From Negaprion brevirostris (Eukaryota): a DNA stretch of 64,000 nt. Position 1 is the first letter of the stretch. Each line of letters begins with the position of its first letter. Where the stretch lies: contig JARDVH010000167.1 of NCBI GenBank assembly GCA_030324005.1, positions 12,350,824 through 12,414,823 of the forward strand, read 5' to 3'. The position numbers and the translations under genes are program-made. Shown here one piece after another: positions 13,765 through 24,692 of this stretch. The notes under the pieces are model-generated. The model was not told the DNA's origin and made no database searches. It saw only the letters and a list, made by a program, of their open reading frames with translations.

Positions 13765-14195
13765 CTAATTACAAACCCAAGGTGAGGTCACACACAATGT
13801 GGTTGCACTGGAAGGAGTGCAGAGGAGATTCACCAGGATGTTGCCTGAGTTGGAATATTTAAGGAGAGTTTGGACAGGCTCGGGTTGTTTTCTCGAGAGC
13901 AGAGCAGAGGAGGTGGGATGACTCACATCCTTTAAAAAGTACCTGGATGAGTACTTGGCATACCATAACATTCAAGGCTGTGGGCCAAGTGCTGGCAAGT
14001 GGACCAAGGTGGGCAGGTCAGGTCAGGACCTTTTATGTGTTGNNNNNNNNNNNNNNNNNNNNNNNNNNNNNNNNNNNNNNNNNNNNNNNNNNNNNNNNNN
14101 NNNNNNNNNNNNNNNNNNNNNNNNNNNNNNNNNNNNNNNNNNCTTTTATGTGTTGGTCAGATTTGATGGACGTAAGGGCCTTTTCTGCACTGTAG
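13765..14195 (+). mobile_element. CR1 LINE 3' fragment
   Basis: VVALEGVQRRFTRMLPEL motif. Confidence 0.7.
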
Positions 14196-14209
14196 TATTT
14201 TGGGAGTCA

Positions 14210-14620
14210 TTTGTGGCTGAGTGGGTAATACTCATCACAGGTCAGAAAGCCATGTGTCTTAGCCTCACTCCAGAGACTTGGAACATGCAATCTAGATTAA
14301 CAGTCCAAGAAAATGGTGCACTGTTGGAGCTATGTGGACCATCTTTCATTTGAGATCTTGAACTGAGAGGCCCTGACTATCCCCTCAGTTGTGCCAAAAA
14401 ATCCTCTAGCACAATTTGAAGAACAGCAGGGATAGTTTCCTTTGTGTCTCAACCAAGATTTATCCATCAACTAACATCAGTGAAATTAATGATCATTTAT
14501 CAACTGCTGTTTGTGTATACAAATTAGCTGCTGCATTTCCTACATTGAAACAGTTGCTGCATTTTAAAAGTCCTGAATTGAAATGCTTTGGAAGAAATTT
14601 TTGATCATGAAAGTTGTTTG
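14210..14620 (+). mobile_element. SacSINE1/DeuSINE-like ancient SINE
   Basis: cactccagagacttg, tttatccatcaactaacatca and caaattagctgctgcatttcctacatt match the family as I recall it; antisense copy at 43400-43640. Confidence 0.65.
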
Positions 14621-14693
14621 AATGTGATTGTGATGTGATTGTTTAAATTATTTCTATTGGCTGACATTTTCCTTCNNNNNNNNNNCCATCCAG

Positions 14694-14736
14694 GGTGCCA
14701 TCCTCACCACTATGTTAGCAACACGAAACTTTTCAG
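14694..14736 (+). CDS. CAMK2B: CAMK2B calmodulin-binding exon, 43 nt: GAILTTMLATRNFS
   Basis: ccatccag acceptor (10-N gap just upstream), gtatgt donor, phase 0 to 1; inhibitory Thr-Thr at 14706-14711. Confidence 0.96.
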
Positions 14737-17700
14737 GTATGTTCCAAATCAGCCAATTCTCTCATTGAACCCAGAGTCAGATCTCTTCTGGAACTCTGAT
14801 GTACAAATTAATTGCACGCCATTGATGTTTCTGGCATTTCAGGAGCTTGACTTATTTGTCATTCTAAATAGCCCACAAGCAACTGCTTTTATTAAGTTGA
14901 ATAAACTAGTAGGACATATTTTGACAGCTGACGTATGCAGGATGGGCCAAATGGCCTACTTTGGCACCTAACAATTCTAAAATAAAGTCTGGTGCCATAC
15001 ACAAAGTTGAAATGGTAACAGTTTTTTTCAGCAGTAAAATGCTTAAAGAGGCCCACAGTACTTCACATGCTTTGGGAAAATGAATGTTAAGCAGAGGAAG
15101 GAGAGCTGAGGAGTTGGTGAGCAGAAGATGGATTTCGAGGAATGTAGGAGTAGGCCTAGGTCATCTGGCTCATCTGACTGTTTCAATGAGATTATGGCTG
15201 ATGTTTGACCTCACTCCGTTTACCCCGCATTTGTCCAAATCCCTGAACACCTGTGGTGACCAGAAATCTGTCAACCTCAGATTTCAAATTAATACTTGAA
15301 TCAGCAGTATGTGCCTTATGNNNNNNNNNNNNNNNNNNNNNNNNNNNNNNNNNNNNNNNNNNNNNNNNNNNNNNNNNNNNNNNNNNNNNNNNNNNNNNNN
15401 NNNNNNNNNNNNNNNNNNNNNNNNNNNNNNNNNNNNNNNNNNNNNNNNNNNNNNNNNNNNNNNNNNNNNNNNNNNNNNNNNNNNNNNNNNNNNNNNNNNN
15501 NNNNNNNNNNNNNNNNNNNNNNNNNNNNNNNNNNNNNNNNNNNNNNNNNNNNNNNNNNNNNNNNNNNNNNNNNNNNNNNNNNNNNNNNNNNNNNNNNNNN
15601 NNNNNNNNNNNNNNNNNNNNNNNNNNNNNNNNNNNNNNNNNNNNNNNNNNNNNNNNNNNNNNNNNNNNNNNNNNNNNNNNNNNNNNNNNNNNNNNNNNNN
15701 NNNNNNNNNNNNNNNNNNNNNNNNNNNNNNNNNNNNNNNNNNNNNNNNNNNNNNNNNNNNNNNNNNNNNNNNNNNNNNNNNNNNNNNNNNNNNNNNNNNN
15801 NNNNNNNNNNNNNNNNNNNNNNNNNNNNNNNNNNNNNNNNNNNNNNNNNNNNNNNNNNNNNNNNNNNNNNNNNNNNNNNNNNNNNNNNNNNNNNNNNNNN
15901 NNNNNNNNNNNNNNNNNNNNNNNNNNNNNNNNNNNNNNNNNNNNNNNNNNNNNNNNNNNNNNNNNNNNNNNNNNNNNNNNNNNNNNNNNNNNNNNNNNNN
16001 NNNNNNNNNNNNNNNNNNNNNNNNNNNNNNNNNNNNNNNNNNNNNNNNNNNNNNNNNNNNNNNNNNNNNNNNNNNNNNNNNNNNNNNNNNNNNNNNNNNN
16101 NNNNNNNNNNNNNNNNNNNNNNNNNNNNNNNNNNNNNNNNNNNNNNNNNNNNNNNNNNNNNNNNNNNNNNNNNNNNNNNNNNNNNNNNNNNNNNNNNNNN
16201 NNNNNNNNNNNNNNNNNNNNNNNNNNNNNTCATGACCAACGCATGAGAAGTAGGCAGTTTGAGAAGGGACATGAGGCTGGAGTCAGTATGTAGCTGGATT
16301 GGGTAAGACATGGAATTGAGAATGAGTGGGGGTTCTAGAGCCAAGTCACTGTTTTATAACATTTGTATGGAGACCAAATGTTTTGTATAGGACCAGTTTC
16401 TAGCTGCAGTACAATTTGTACACATTTTCCTCAATACCTTTGCATTTTCAGCTTCACTTTTCACCTTTTGTGAAGCACGTATTTTTGCGTGATAGTAGAT
16501 CATTTTAAACAGAATCGTATCTCAGAGCGTCACATATCATGCACATGGTCATTCTTTCATTTTACAATTCTTTACAGCAACTTTGTGAACATTTTAACTG
16601 CAAGATTTGAGGAGCTTAACATTTTCCAACCTTCACATGAAAAAAAGCTACCGAATTTTTCCTTGGCTGTAGTTGTTGATTCCTCATCTGCTCATTATAA
16701 GAATGTTGATAAATCACTGCATCAAGGATCGGTGTGCCAGACTTTATAACTTGAAAGAAAATGTTTCAGGGATTTCAAGACTGCCAGAATACAAGTGTCA
16801 GCTTCCCACGATAATTGTCAATGCAATTGTTCACCTCCTTCCTTCTCTGATTCACAGCAATGTGTTCTGACTCATCATGAGAGTGTCAGACTGCTCAATA
16901 TGGAGAGCAAACATGATTGTGCAGCACAGACGATAAGATCTATTCAGTATAAGGGCAGTATTCAGTTTGTCTTGCTCCTCCATTCTGTGAGTTGGGTTTG
17001 CCTCCTTCCCTGTATTTATATACAGCCTGTTCAGCATAAAAGCAATGTCCATTACATGTCATAGACCTTTGTAAGTCCAACTACTTTTATCTCCCTTCTG
17101 ATAAATTACCTTGGACAAATTAATGGACACATGTTTATTCCAAAGCAGCCTATGTTCTGATTACAAGGAATTGTAATTATTAAATTATGATAGTTATACA
17201 TTTTTTTCTTAATTTGTGGGAAGTGGGAGTCGTTGCCAAGGCTATCATTTATTGCCCATCCTGAACTGCCTGATTAATCATACCTGGTTAATGTTTGTTC
17301 TAGCTCGCTCTCCCTTTGATAAGAAATAATCTGGAGTGGAATGCCTATTCCATCGATGCACATTCCTGCTGATTGGTCCTTTGCTTTTGGTTACTCTATT
17401 TAATTATTGACTCCAGCTTGGCAATGTGTTGAGCACAATTGTGCTCCCTACATTTGTAGCTGAGACAGTCTTTGTTCTCCCTTCCAATTCATGGTGGAGG
17501 GAGGATTTGAGGCAAACTGCTCCCCTACACTCTCAAGCATCCCATGTTTAATTGTGAAGCTTGTTATCAAAAGCAACCCTGGACCACAGCAGACTGTGTG
17601 CATTCTCAATCATCAGTCCAGTTAAAGGATACAGATGTTAAAATATTAATTCACTGCATGTGGGTTTTGCTGGAAAGGCCAGCTTTATTGCACACCTGTA

Positions 17701-18993
17701 CATGGTGTTGAGAAGCTAGTGTTCTGTCTGCTGGAGCCACTGCAGTGATATTCCTACAGCAGTCTTGGCATGATTGAGTGGCTTGCTCGGCCATTTCAGA
17801 AGATAGTTCACTGATTTAACAAAGGGACTTGAGCTCACGTTTCCAGGTCATTAGTCTGGATCTCTAGATTGTGTGTCTGGTAATGTAAACAACAGTGCTA
17901 CAATTCTCTGAAGCCCAGGTAACACACCTGCTATCACCAGGAAAATCTTTCCTGACAGCACTTGCTGGACAAGCTATCTGGAATCTTTTAGGTTGAAGGA
18001 GAGAAGGGTTTCCTGCTCCTGATATACTGGTGGGTTTCAATTCATTGATGACTGTGTTTGTTTATGTTGTGAGTGAGAATGGTTGGTGGGGATGATGTAG
18101 ATGGTGCTAGACAAAGGAAGAGAGAAGTGAACAAACTTGCATGATGAAGCAGAACTACAGCATTTCTGGCAGGTGAGGGTTGCAGACATTGGCATGCAAA
18201 GTTAGTAAAATTTGAACCATGTGTAGCGTTAATGAGGTTTCTGCTGAAGTTAGAGGGTGTCTACACATGTGCTGTTTCTCTTCAATTTAAAAAGTTCTGA
18301 GTCATATTTCCCCTGATTTGACTGAACTTTCAGAAGGAAGGTAGAATTCCTGATTATCTGCTGCAACTTATGCCCCAGTAAGCTGCCTGTATTGTTGTGG
18401 TTCCCAGTTTAGCTGTGAAATTGCATCCATGATCAGCAAAGTTTGAGAGTTAAAGAGGGTATCAAAATTGGACACCAAAAAATGAGAATCCCTTGGCATT
18501 GTGAAGAGGCAGATCTCTTTCACGGCCCCAGTCTGGCTCATTGGTTTTCAATGGTTGATGTAAAACCAGTTAAACTCCATAGTATGAGAAATCCTTTGAA
18601 TCACTGTAATTGAATTGGAGCCTTAAATAGTTATCCATGTGCATCGTNNNNNNNNNNNNNNNNNNNNNNNNNNNNNNNNNNNNNNNNNNNNNNNNNNNNN
18701 NNNNNNNNNNNNNNNNNNNNNNNNNNNNNNNNNNNNNNNNNNNNNNNACGTGAATTGGAGCCTTAAATAGGGATCCATGTGCATCGTGCCAGATGCAGGG
18801 GGCAAACATAGTGCCAAATTTCGATTTATATGCAAGAAAGGAGTTCCGGTGACTGCAGATGTGCGTCAGGATTTGACAGAAGTTCATAGAGATATGTAGC
18901 ACAGTAATCCACCTGGAATAAATTCAGTGTGTGGTGAAGCAGTGCTGAGTGTTTTGCTGATGTTACTTGCTTTCTTTTTATTCCCGCCAACAG

Positions 18994-19065
18994 TGGGCAG
19001 ACAAACCACTGCGCCAGCTACAATGACAGCTGCCGCCAGCGCGACTGTTGGTCTCGTTGAACAAG
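18994..19065 (+). CDS. CAMK2B: CAMK2B cassette exon, 72 nt, F-actin-binding segment: [24 protein letters not shown]
   Basis: ttcccgccaacag acceptor, gtagac donor, phase 1-1; close to mammalian [25 protein letters not shown], one residue shorter. Confidence 0.93.
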
Positions 19066-20348
19066 GTAGACGTGTGCGGGCGGACACTGCAGGTGGAGGG
19101 CATGCTCAGAACTAATGCTCTGCTTTCATACCTTGTGAACGTACCCTACCTCATGTATTTGTTGTCTGAATATTTCAATTCCATTTTAACTGGCTGGGCA
19201 GCAAGGAGAAGCTTTGGGTGATTTTTTTTAATGTGAGGACCATCAGAAATGAGAAAGGAACTCCCATTACAGGCACTCAATCAAATAGGCATCAGTTTGA
19301 GTTCAAATAATTTGTGAATGAGGTAATGCTTGAGATCAGCCTTTGATCTGCTTGGCAAAAGCATATTTTAGCCTTAGTATTAATGTACAATTGGTGCAGT
19401 TCTTCTGAATGGTTCAAGTTGATGACAGTAAACACCTGCTATATCCAAAGGCACTGACCATAAAGTTAGAACTCGGAAAACCAGCAAGCTGTTGGTCCAT
19501 CAGATCAGGTTGCTTGCTGTGTGGTATAGCCGAGATTGTAATGTCCGTTTGCTGCAGTCAGTTTGGTTTACATGTTTTTTAACCTTATTGGTCCTTTAAG
19601 TGTTTGTCTTGCTTGATGCAGTCTATTTTGTATGCCCCTGTCTTGCACAACTGTGCAATGTTTTATGTAGCACTGTTGCTGTCGTCTGAAACAAGTCAGG
19701 TGTGGGTTTTAGACATGACAAATTGAATTTGGTTTCCTCAGTTTAGATCATCTCTAATATTTAACAGGAGCGCTAGGCATTGACACATCTTTCTATCTGG
19801 TCTCTGGGGACTAACCTCCCACTTAATTTCTCAAAGGGCAATGGTATGTTGTTCGAGTGAGAGAAAGAATGCTGTAGAATATTTGGATTAGCTAATGTTA
19901 ATGAGTTTGGAATGCTGCCTGTCCAAATTGTGCGTGGATACATAAGTCCAGTCAAAAGAGCACTCTTTCACTCCCCTCAGTTGATAGGTGCATTATGATG
20001 TGCCACAATCACACAAACCAGAAGCCTGCCTCTTTCCACACATCCTTCCCTGCTTGAAACCCTTACCGAAATTGAATAATCTAACCTGAACTAGAACACC
20101 CATTAAGGTGTTGACATGGACTTGCTCATCCTGACATTGGCCAGCCTGGGTCCCTGAACCTGATTGATAACCCAGTGATCTCAGCTGGGTCTTCCAACGT
20201 AGACACTGAGTGGAGAGTATCGGGCTTGAGCATTATGCCCCGCGAGACTCATTACACCGGCTGACATTCAGTCTCAGATTTAGATAGTAGTTGTGAGTAT
20301 GAGAGTCTGTCCTGAGGAGCAGAGGTGGTGTTGACACTATTTGTAGAT

Positions 20349-20916
20349 CCTGGGGATGATGATTTAGTGTCAGTATAGTGTGAGGATAATTTTCTTTTGG
20401 GAACTCGTCAAATACTGGATCAATCAGCTTTTCCAGAATCTGACTGATAAATGTCCCTTCAAATATCACTTTGCCGGCAATGAGCTTTATGCACTTATAC
20501 ACTCAGAGCTCAAGAAATGCAGATTATACTTGAATATTATTCAAATATAATCTCATTTAAGCAGTGCACTCCTGGGCACTTTTAACAGTGGGCAGAAAAA
20601 GCAGCCTTATATCAGAATTCCCAATTATTGCCAGTCCTTAAGGAAAAAAAATACGAAAATCAAACAGATTTTGTTAAACTAACAATTGTATTTGGCTTGT
20701 CTGAGTTTCCACTCACTTAGAAAGACACTGAGGCAGCTGTACTCATGGAACATTCACTCAAAACTATCTCAACATTGTTGCAGAGTAAGATTGTAAGGGG
20801 GAAAGAGAGGAATTTTAGAGACAGGAGGGATTAAGTTTATGTGGCAGAAGTAGAGCCGGGTTTGCACACCCTGGGGATGATATGTAGTGTCAGTATAGTG
20901 TGAGGATATTTTTCTT
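20349..20916 (+). repeat. Direct repeat, 2 x ~47 bp (20349-20396 and 20870-20916)
   Basis: cctggggatgat..tagtgtcagtatagtgtgaggata.ttttctt in both copies. Confidence 0.85.
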
Positions 20917-20983
20917 GCCTCACCGACTGATTTGTTGCTTCGACATGTCAATGGCTGTACTTGCACTTTTGAAAAGTGAATGC

Positions 20984-21102
20984 TGCATGCAGAAAGAAAA
21001 AGCCGTATGCATGTGAAAATGGGGCTTGCTTGCTCTGTTTTGTGTGTTACGAGGTTATTTCTCCTCATTGCAGTATCTCGTGGCAGTGGGATGAGTTGCA
21101 TG
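20984..21102 (+). promoter_or_regulatory. Cluster of three TGCATG (Rbfox-type) splicing elements
   Basis: TGCATG at 20984, 21008 and 21097, with GCTTGCTTGCT in between. Confidence 0.5.
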
Positions 21103-23369
21103 TGTGGTGGTAAAATAATATGAAGATAATACAATTCTTTACAGGGTCATGTGCTGGAGAGCAGTTAAGCATGAGACCTTCTGAAATGGTTCAACTAAAA
21201 AGGTTTAAATAGAAATAACACACTACTTCAGATTAAGATTGATACTTTGGTTGAGGGTTCTTTCTTGCACAAGTTTCCAGGGAAACAGTCGAAATTCACT
21301 TAGAATTCACACTTCTCCATTTTCCAATCAGGGATTCAAGTGACCTCTCTCCTTCCTTTTGTTGGTAGGCCACAAGGGCGGTCAATATTGACTGCATTTT
21401 TTCCACCCTATCCCTTTTGGAGAAACTATTGGTCGTCTGTAAACATACCCTTTCACCAAACTCCTCATAGAGGTTGCACCTTCTAGCCCTTCCCAAACAA
21501 ACCAACTGCATTCTTTCCACCCTCAATAATCCAGCTTGGATATTCTCCTCCACCCCTCAGCACAGCACTCTTCCCCTTTCTATCCCTCAGTCCAAATCTC
21601 TTCTCCTTCCCCAACAAACCAAATGATAGTGGCATCTCTAACCGAAAAGAATCCAACTCAAATCAAGTAAATTGATCTAACCTGGCCCACTAATTCTTCT
21701 CCAAAATGAAAGACGTCTGTTTGAAGGGAAATGCAAATACTTGCCTTTTTCTTCGTAGATATTTTAGACTTTGGACCATGGTCGTGATCCAGTTTGTTTG
21801 ATTTGGTCTTGGACACTGCTTTTCAGAGCTATGCACCAGAGGCATCTCCAGTCAGGCAATGTCTGCTCAGAGGAGTCATTCCCTCTGAGATCTGCCAGGG
21901 TCATAAGCTTTCCTTGCTTTGTGCATGGTGGCCATGGGCAATTGTAAATAGGATTGATGTCATGTTTCAACTGCTTTCAAAGTTGTGCTGCAGGAAGATA
22001 GGCACAGCCATGGGAACATGGAGACCTGAGACCCATTGAACCACAAGGAACTGTTGAAAACTGGCCACTATTTGATTTAATTTCTTGTCTTTCTCTTTTG
22101 AATCATCTATCTCCTTGACTCCACCTCTACTTATTGCAAGGTAAGCAGGGCTGTGATTAGGGCTTCATTGCCATTCCAACAAGCTCTGTACTTAACACTG
22201 CTAGTGTTGATTTGTTTTTGACCTAACCTCTTCATTTTTTTTTTCTCTTTTGCTGTTTTCACCTCAGTTTAGCACATTCATGCCTGAACAGATGTGTACA
22301 TTGGCAGCAGTACATTATGTAAGATACAGTATTGGGTTGAGTTGGAGTTTTTTAAGCTTTCTAAAAATATGGATATTTTTCTCCATGTGCAGGGAGATTT
22401 ATATGATGGTGACACTGAAACCATCCTTTATTTGGGTTTGCAGTGGTTTGAAATTGTCAAGGTGACACTTGGAAAACTTTCCACCATGATGACTAAACTT
22501 GTGTACATCAGTGCATGGGGTTAGACTAGGGTTCACATTATGACTGGGGCTTGCAGATTAATTTCTCATAAAACAATGAAATCAATCCTAGATTTGTGGC
22601 AGCTTAAGTGACACCATAAGATGGCACCAGAATTCACGTCTGGTTTTGAAGAAAAGCTGAAGGTTTCAATTTTGGAATTCTGAATTTCCCCAACATCTCC
22701 ATTTTATCACCAATTAATTTCCTAGTCTGCGAGAACTGTACCAAATCAGGCATGAAGGTTGTTGCATTTCCTTTACAGGCTTACATCCTGTGTTGGGTTT
22801 TGTGTTGACTCAAGTGTCCAATGGATGGTTGGCCTTTCATTTTGATTGCAGGGACCACTGGGCACATTGTTTCTGGCTGTCATTCCTCCAGACTCCCAAT
22901 CTTTCATTTTCAGCAGCAAGACTAGAAGGCTTCTTGAGAAAGAGTGTGTGATTTGGGCTCATTCCTGAGGTTTTGGAACAGCAAATTCTGGGACCAATTT
23001 CAGGGTAGAGTGCTGGAGTTTGCAGTTGATGTTAAGATAATAGCAGTGAGCAGCAGCTGTGGAACGCAGACTGTGAAAAAATTTCAGCTGGGATTTGCAA
23101 AAAGTTTTTTTTCACGTGTGCTTTTTTATATAAGGCAATGAACAACTCCAAAACTGCAATAAGCAAAAATGACCAGTTCAAAAATATTTTTTAACTTCAT
23201 CTTCTGAATGTGAGCAAGGTTGGCATTTATTGCCATCCTTAATTGTCCTTAAGATGGTGGTGAGTTATCTTCTTGAGGCATTGTTGGTGGTCTCCGACAG
23301 TGCTGTTTGGCATACGCTGTTTTTACTTACTGATAGATCAGTTGCCCACACATATAAAACTATTGAACC

Positions 23370-23813
23370 ATTAGAACCCCTGCAGTACTGAAGGTCATTT
23401 GGCCCATGAAGACTGCACCAGTTCTCTGAAGGAGCAACTTACCCAGGCCCACTCCCTTGCCCTATCCCAGTAATCCCATTCATTTTACCATGGCTAATTC
23501 ATCGAATCTACACATCTTTGGAGTGTGGGAGGAAATCTGAAGGAAANNNNNNNNNNNNNNNNNNNNNNNNNNNNNNNNNNNNNNNNNNNNNNNNNNNNNN
23601 NNNNNNNNNNNNNNNNNNNNNNNNNNNNNNNNNNNNNNNNNNNNNNAATTCATCGAATCTACACATCTTTGGAGTGTGGGAGGAAATCTGAAGGAAACCC
23701 ACACAGCAATGGTGAGAACATGCAAACTCCATGTAGTCAGTCACCCAAGACCAGAATCGAACCAGGTGCCTGGTGCTGTGAGGCAGCAGTGCGAATCACT
23801 GTGCTATTTGCCA
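23370..23813 (-). mobile_element. HE1-like SINE spanning an assembly gap
   Basis: Head at 23755-23813, tail at 23370-23480. Confidence 0.75.
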
Positions 23814-24651
23814 CTCTTTACAATTAATTAAATTAATTAGTTATTAAATTAACTGCATACCTGTCAGTGGTTCAGATTGAGGCACAAAAGATATATTGTT
23901 TTACAGGTAAGTGTACAAGAATTTTACAAAGGAATGGATTAGGATCTTTGGGTAGAACCATTCTGGTATTGCAGATGATTACAGTAACGCTGTTTCTCTT
24001 GGTACGCTTCTGATGCATCTCATCCAAATTTTTGTTCCATGATTTACTTTTTCTTTTGAGGGATTGAAGTTACCAGTAACACAGTTGAAAAATTAAACTG
24101 TGACATAACAATTGGGATTGCCTTGAACAACTTCCTGTTTGAATATGGTCGATTAATGTAAATATTGATGATATGCCCGACCACGTGGGTAAAGCAAACA
24201 TTGCAACCCCTTTAACAGAAGATCTTTAAAAATCTTCCCCTTGAACTGTGAGCTCATGGGTTATGATATGTGACTCGTTAACTCCCCCAAGCCAATTCTT
24301 TAGAGGGTCGGGGGGAATTCTATCAATGTGCAAGCACTCCAGAGGCAGTCAGGCAGCTGGGCTTTTTGTAGAGGGGCTCGTGAGTTTAAGTTGATGTGCA
24401 CAGCCATAGTTAGGCAAATGTTGGACCTATGTATGCAACAGGAAAAACAAGGGAGTCAAAGACCCTGTTTGTCGCTCAATGTTTTTGAGCATCTGGTGTC
24501 CTGAGCTGGTTTATTTGTACTTGGACAGGGTGTTATGTTTGCAATATTTATAGCACAATTGGAAACAGATACAATATAATCCTGACGGGACAGTCATGGC
24601 AAGTTGAGATATAAATGTAATTTTCTTTTCTTTTCCATTTTCAAAATACAG

Positions 24652-24692
24652 CAGCCAAAAGTTTATTAAACAAGAAGGCCGATGGAGTCAAG
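24652..24692 (+). CDS. CAMK2B: CAMK2B linker exon, 41 or 38 nt (NAGNAG): (A)AKSLLNKKADGVK
   Basis: Pyrimidine tract then tacag-cag tandem acceptors (ending 24651 and 24654), gtaggt donor, phase 1 to 0. Confidence 0.95.

Noticed and set aside
15253-16344. Long ORFs of 300+ aa here, and similar ones at 57095-57852 and 60112-60785
   Set aside because: They are runs of N translated as X; assembly gaps, not genes.
24600-24651. alphaKAP-like leader directly upstream of the AAKSLL exon
   Set aside because: In-frame TAA at 24618-24620 and no ATG after it.
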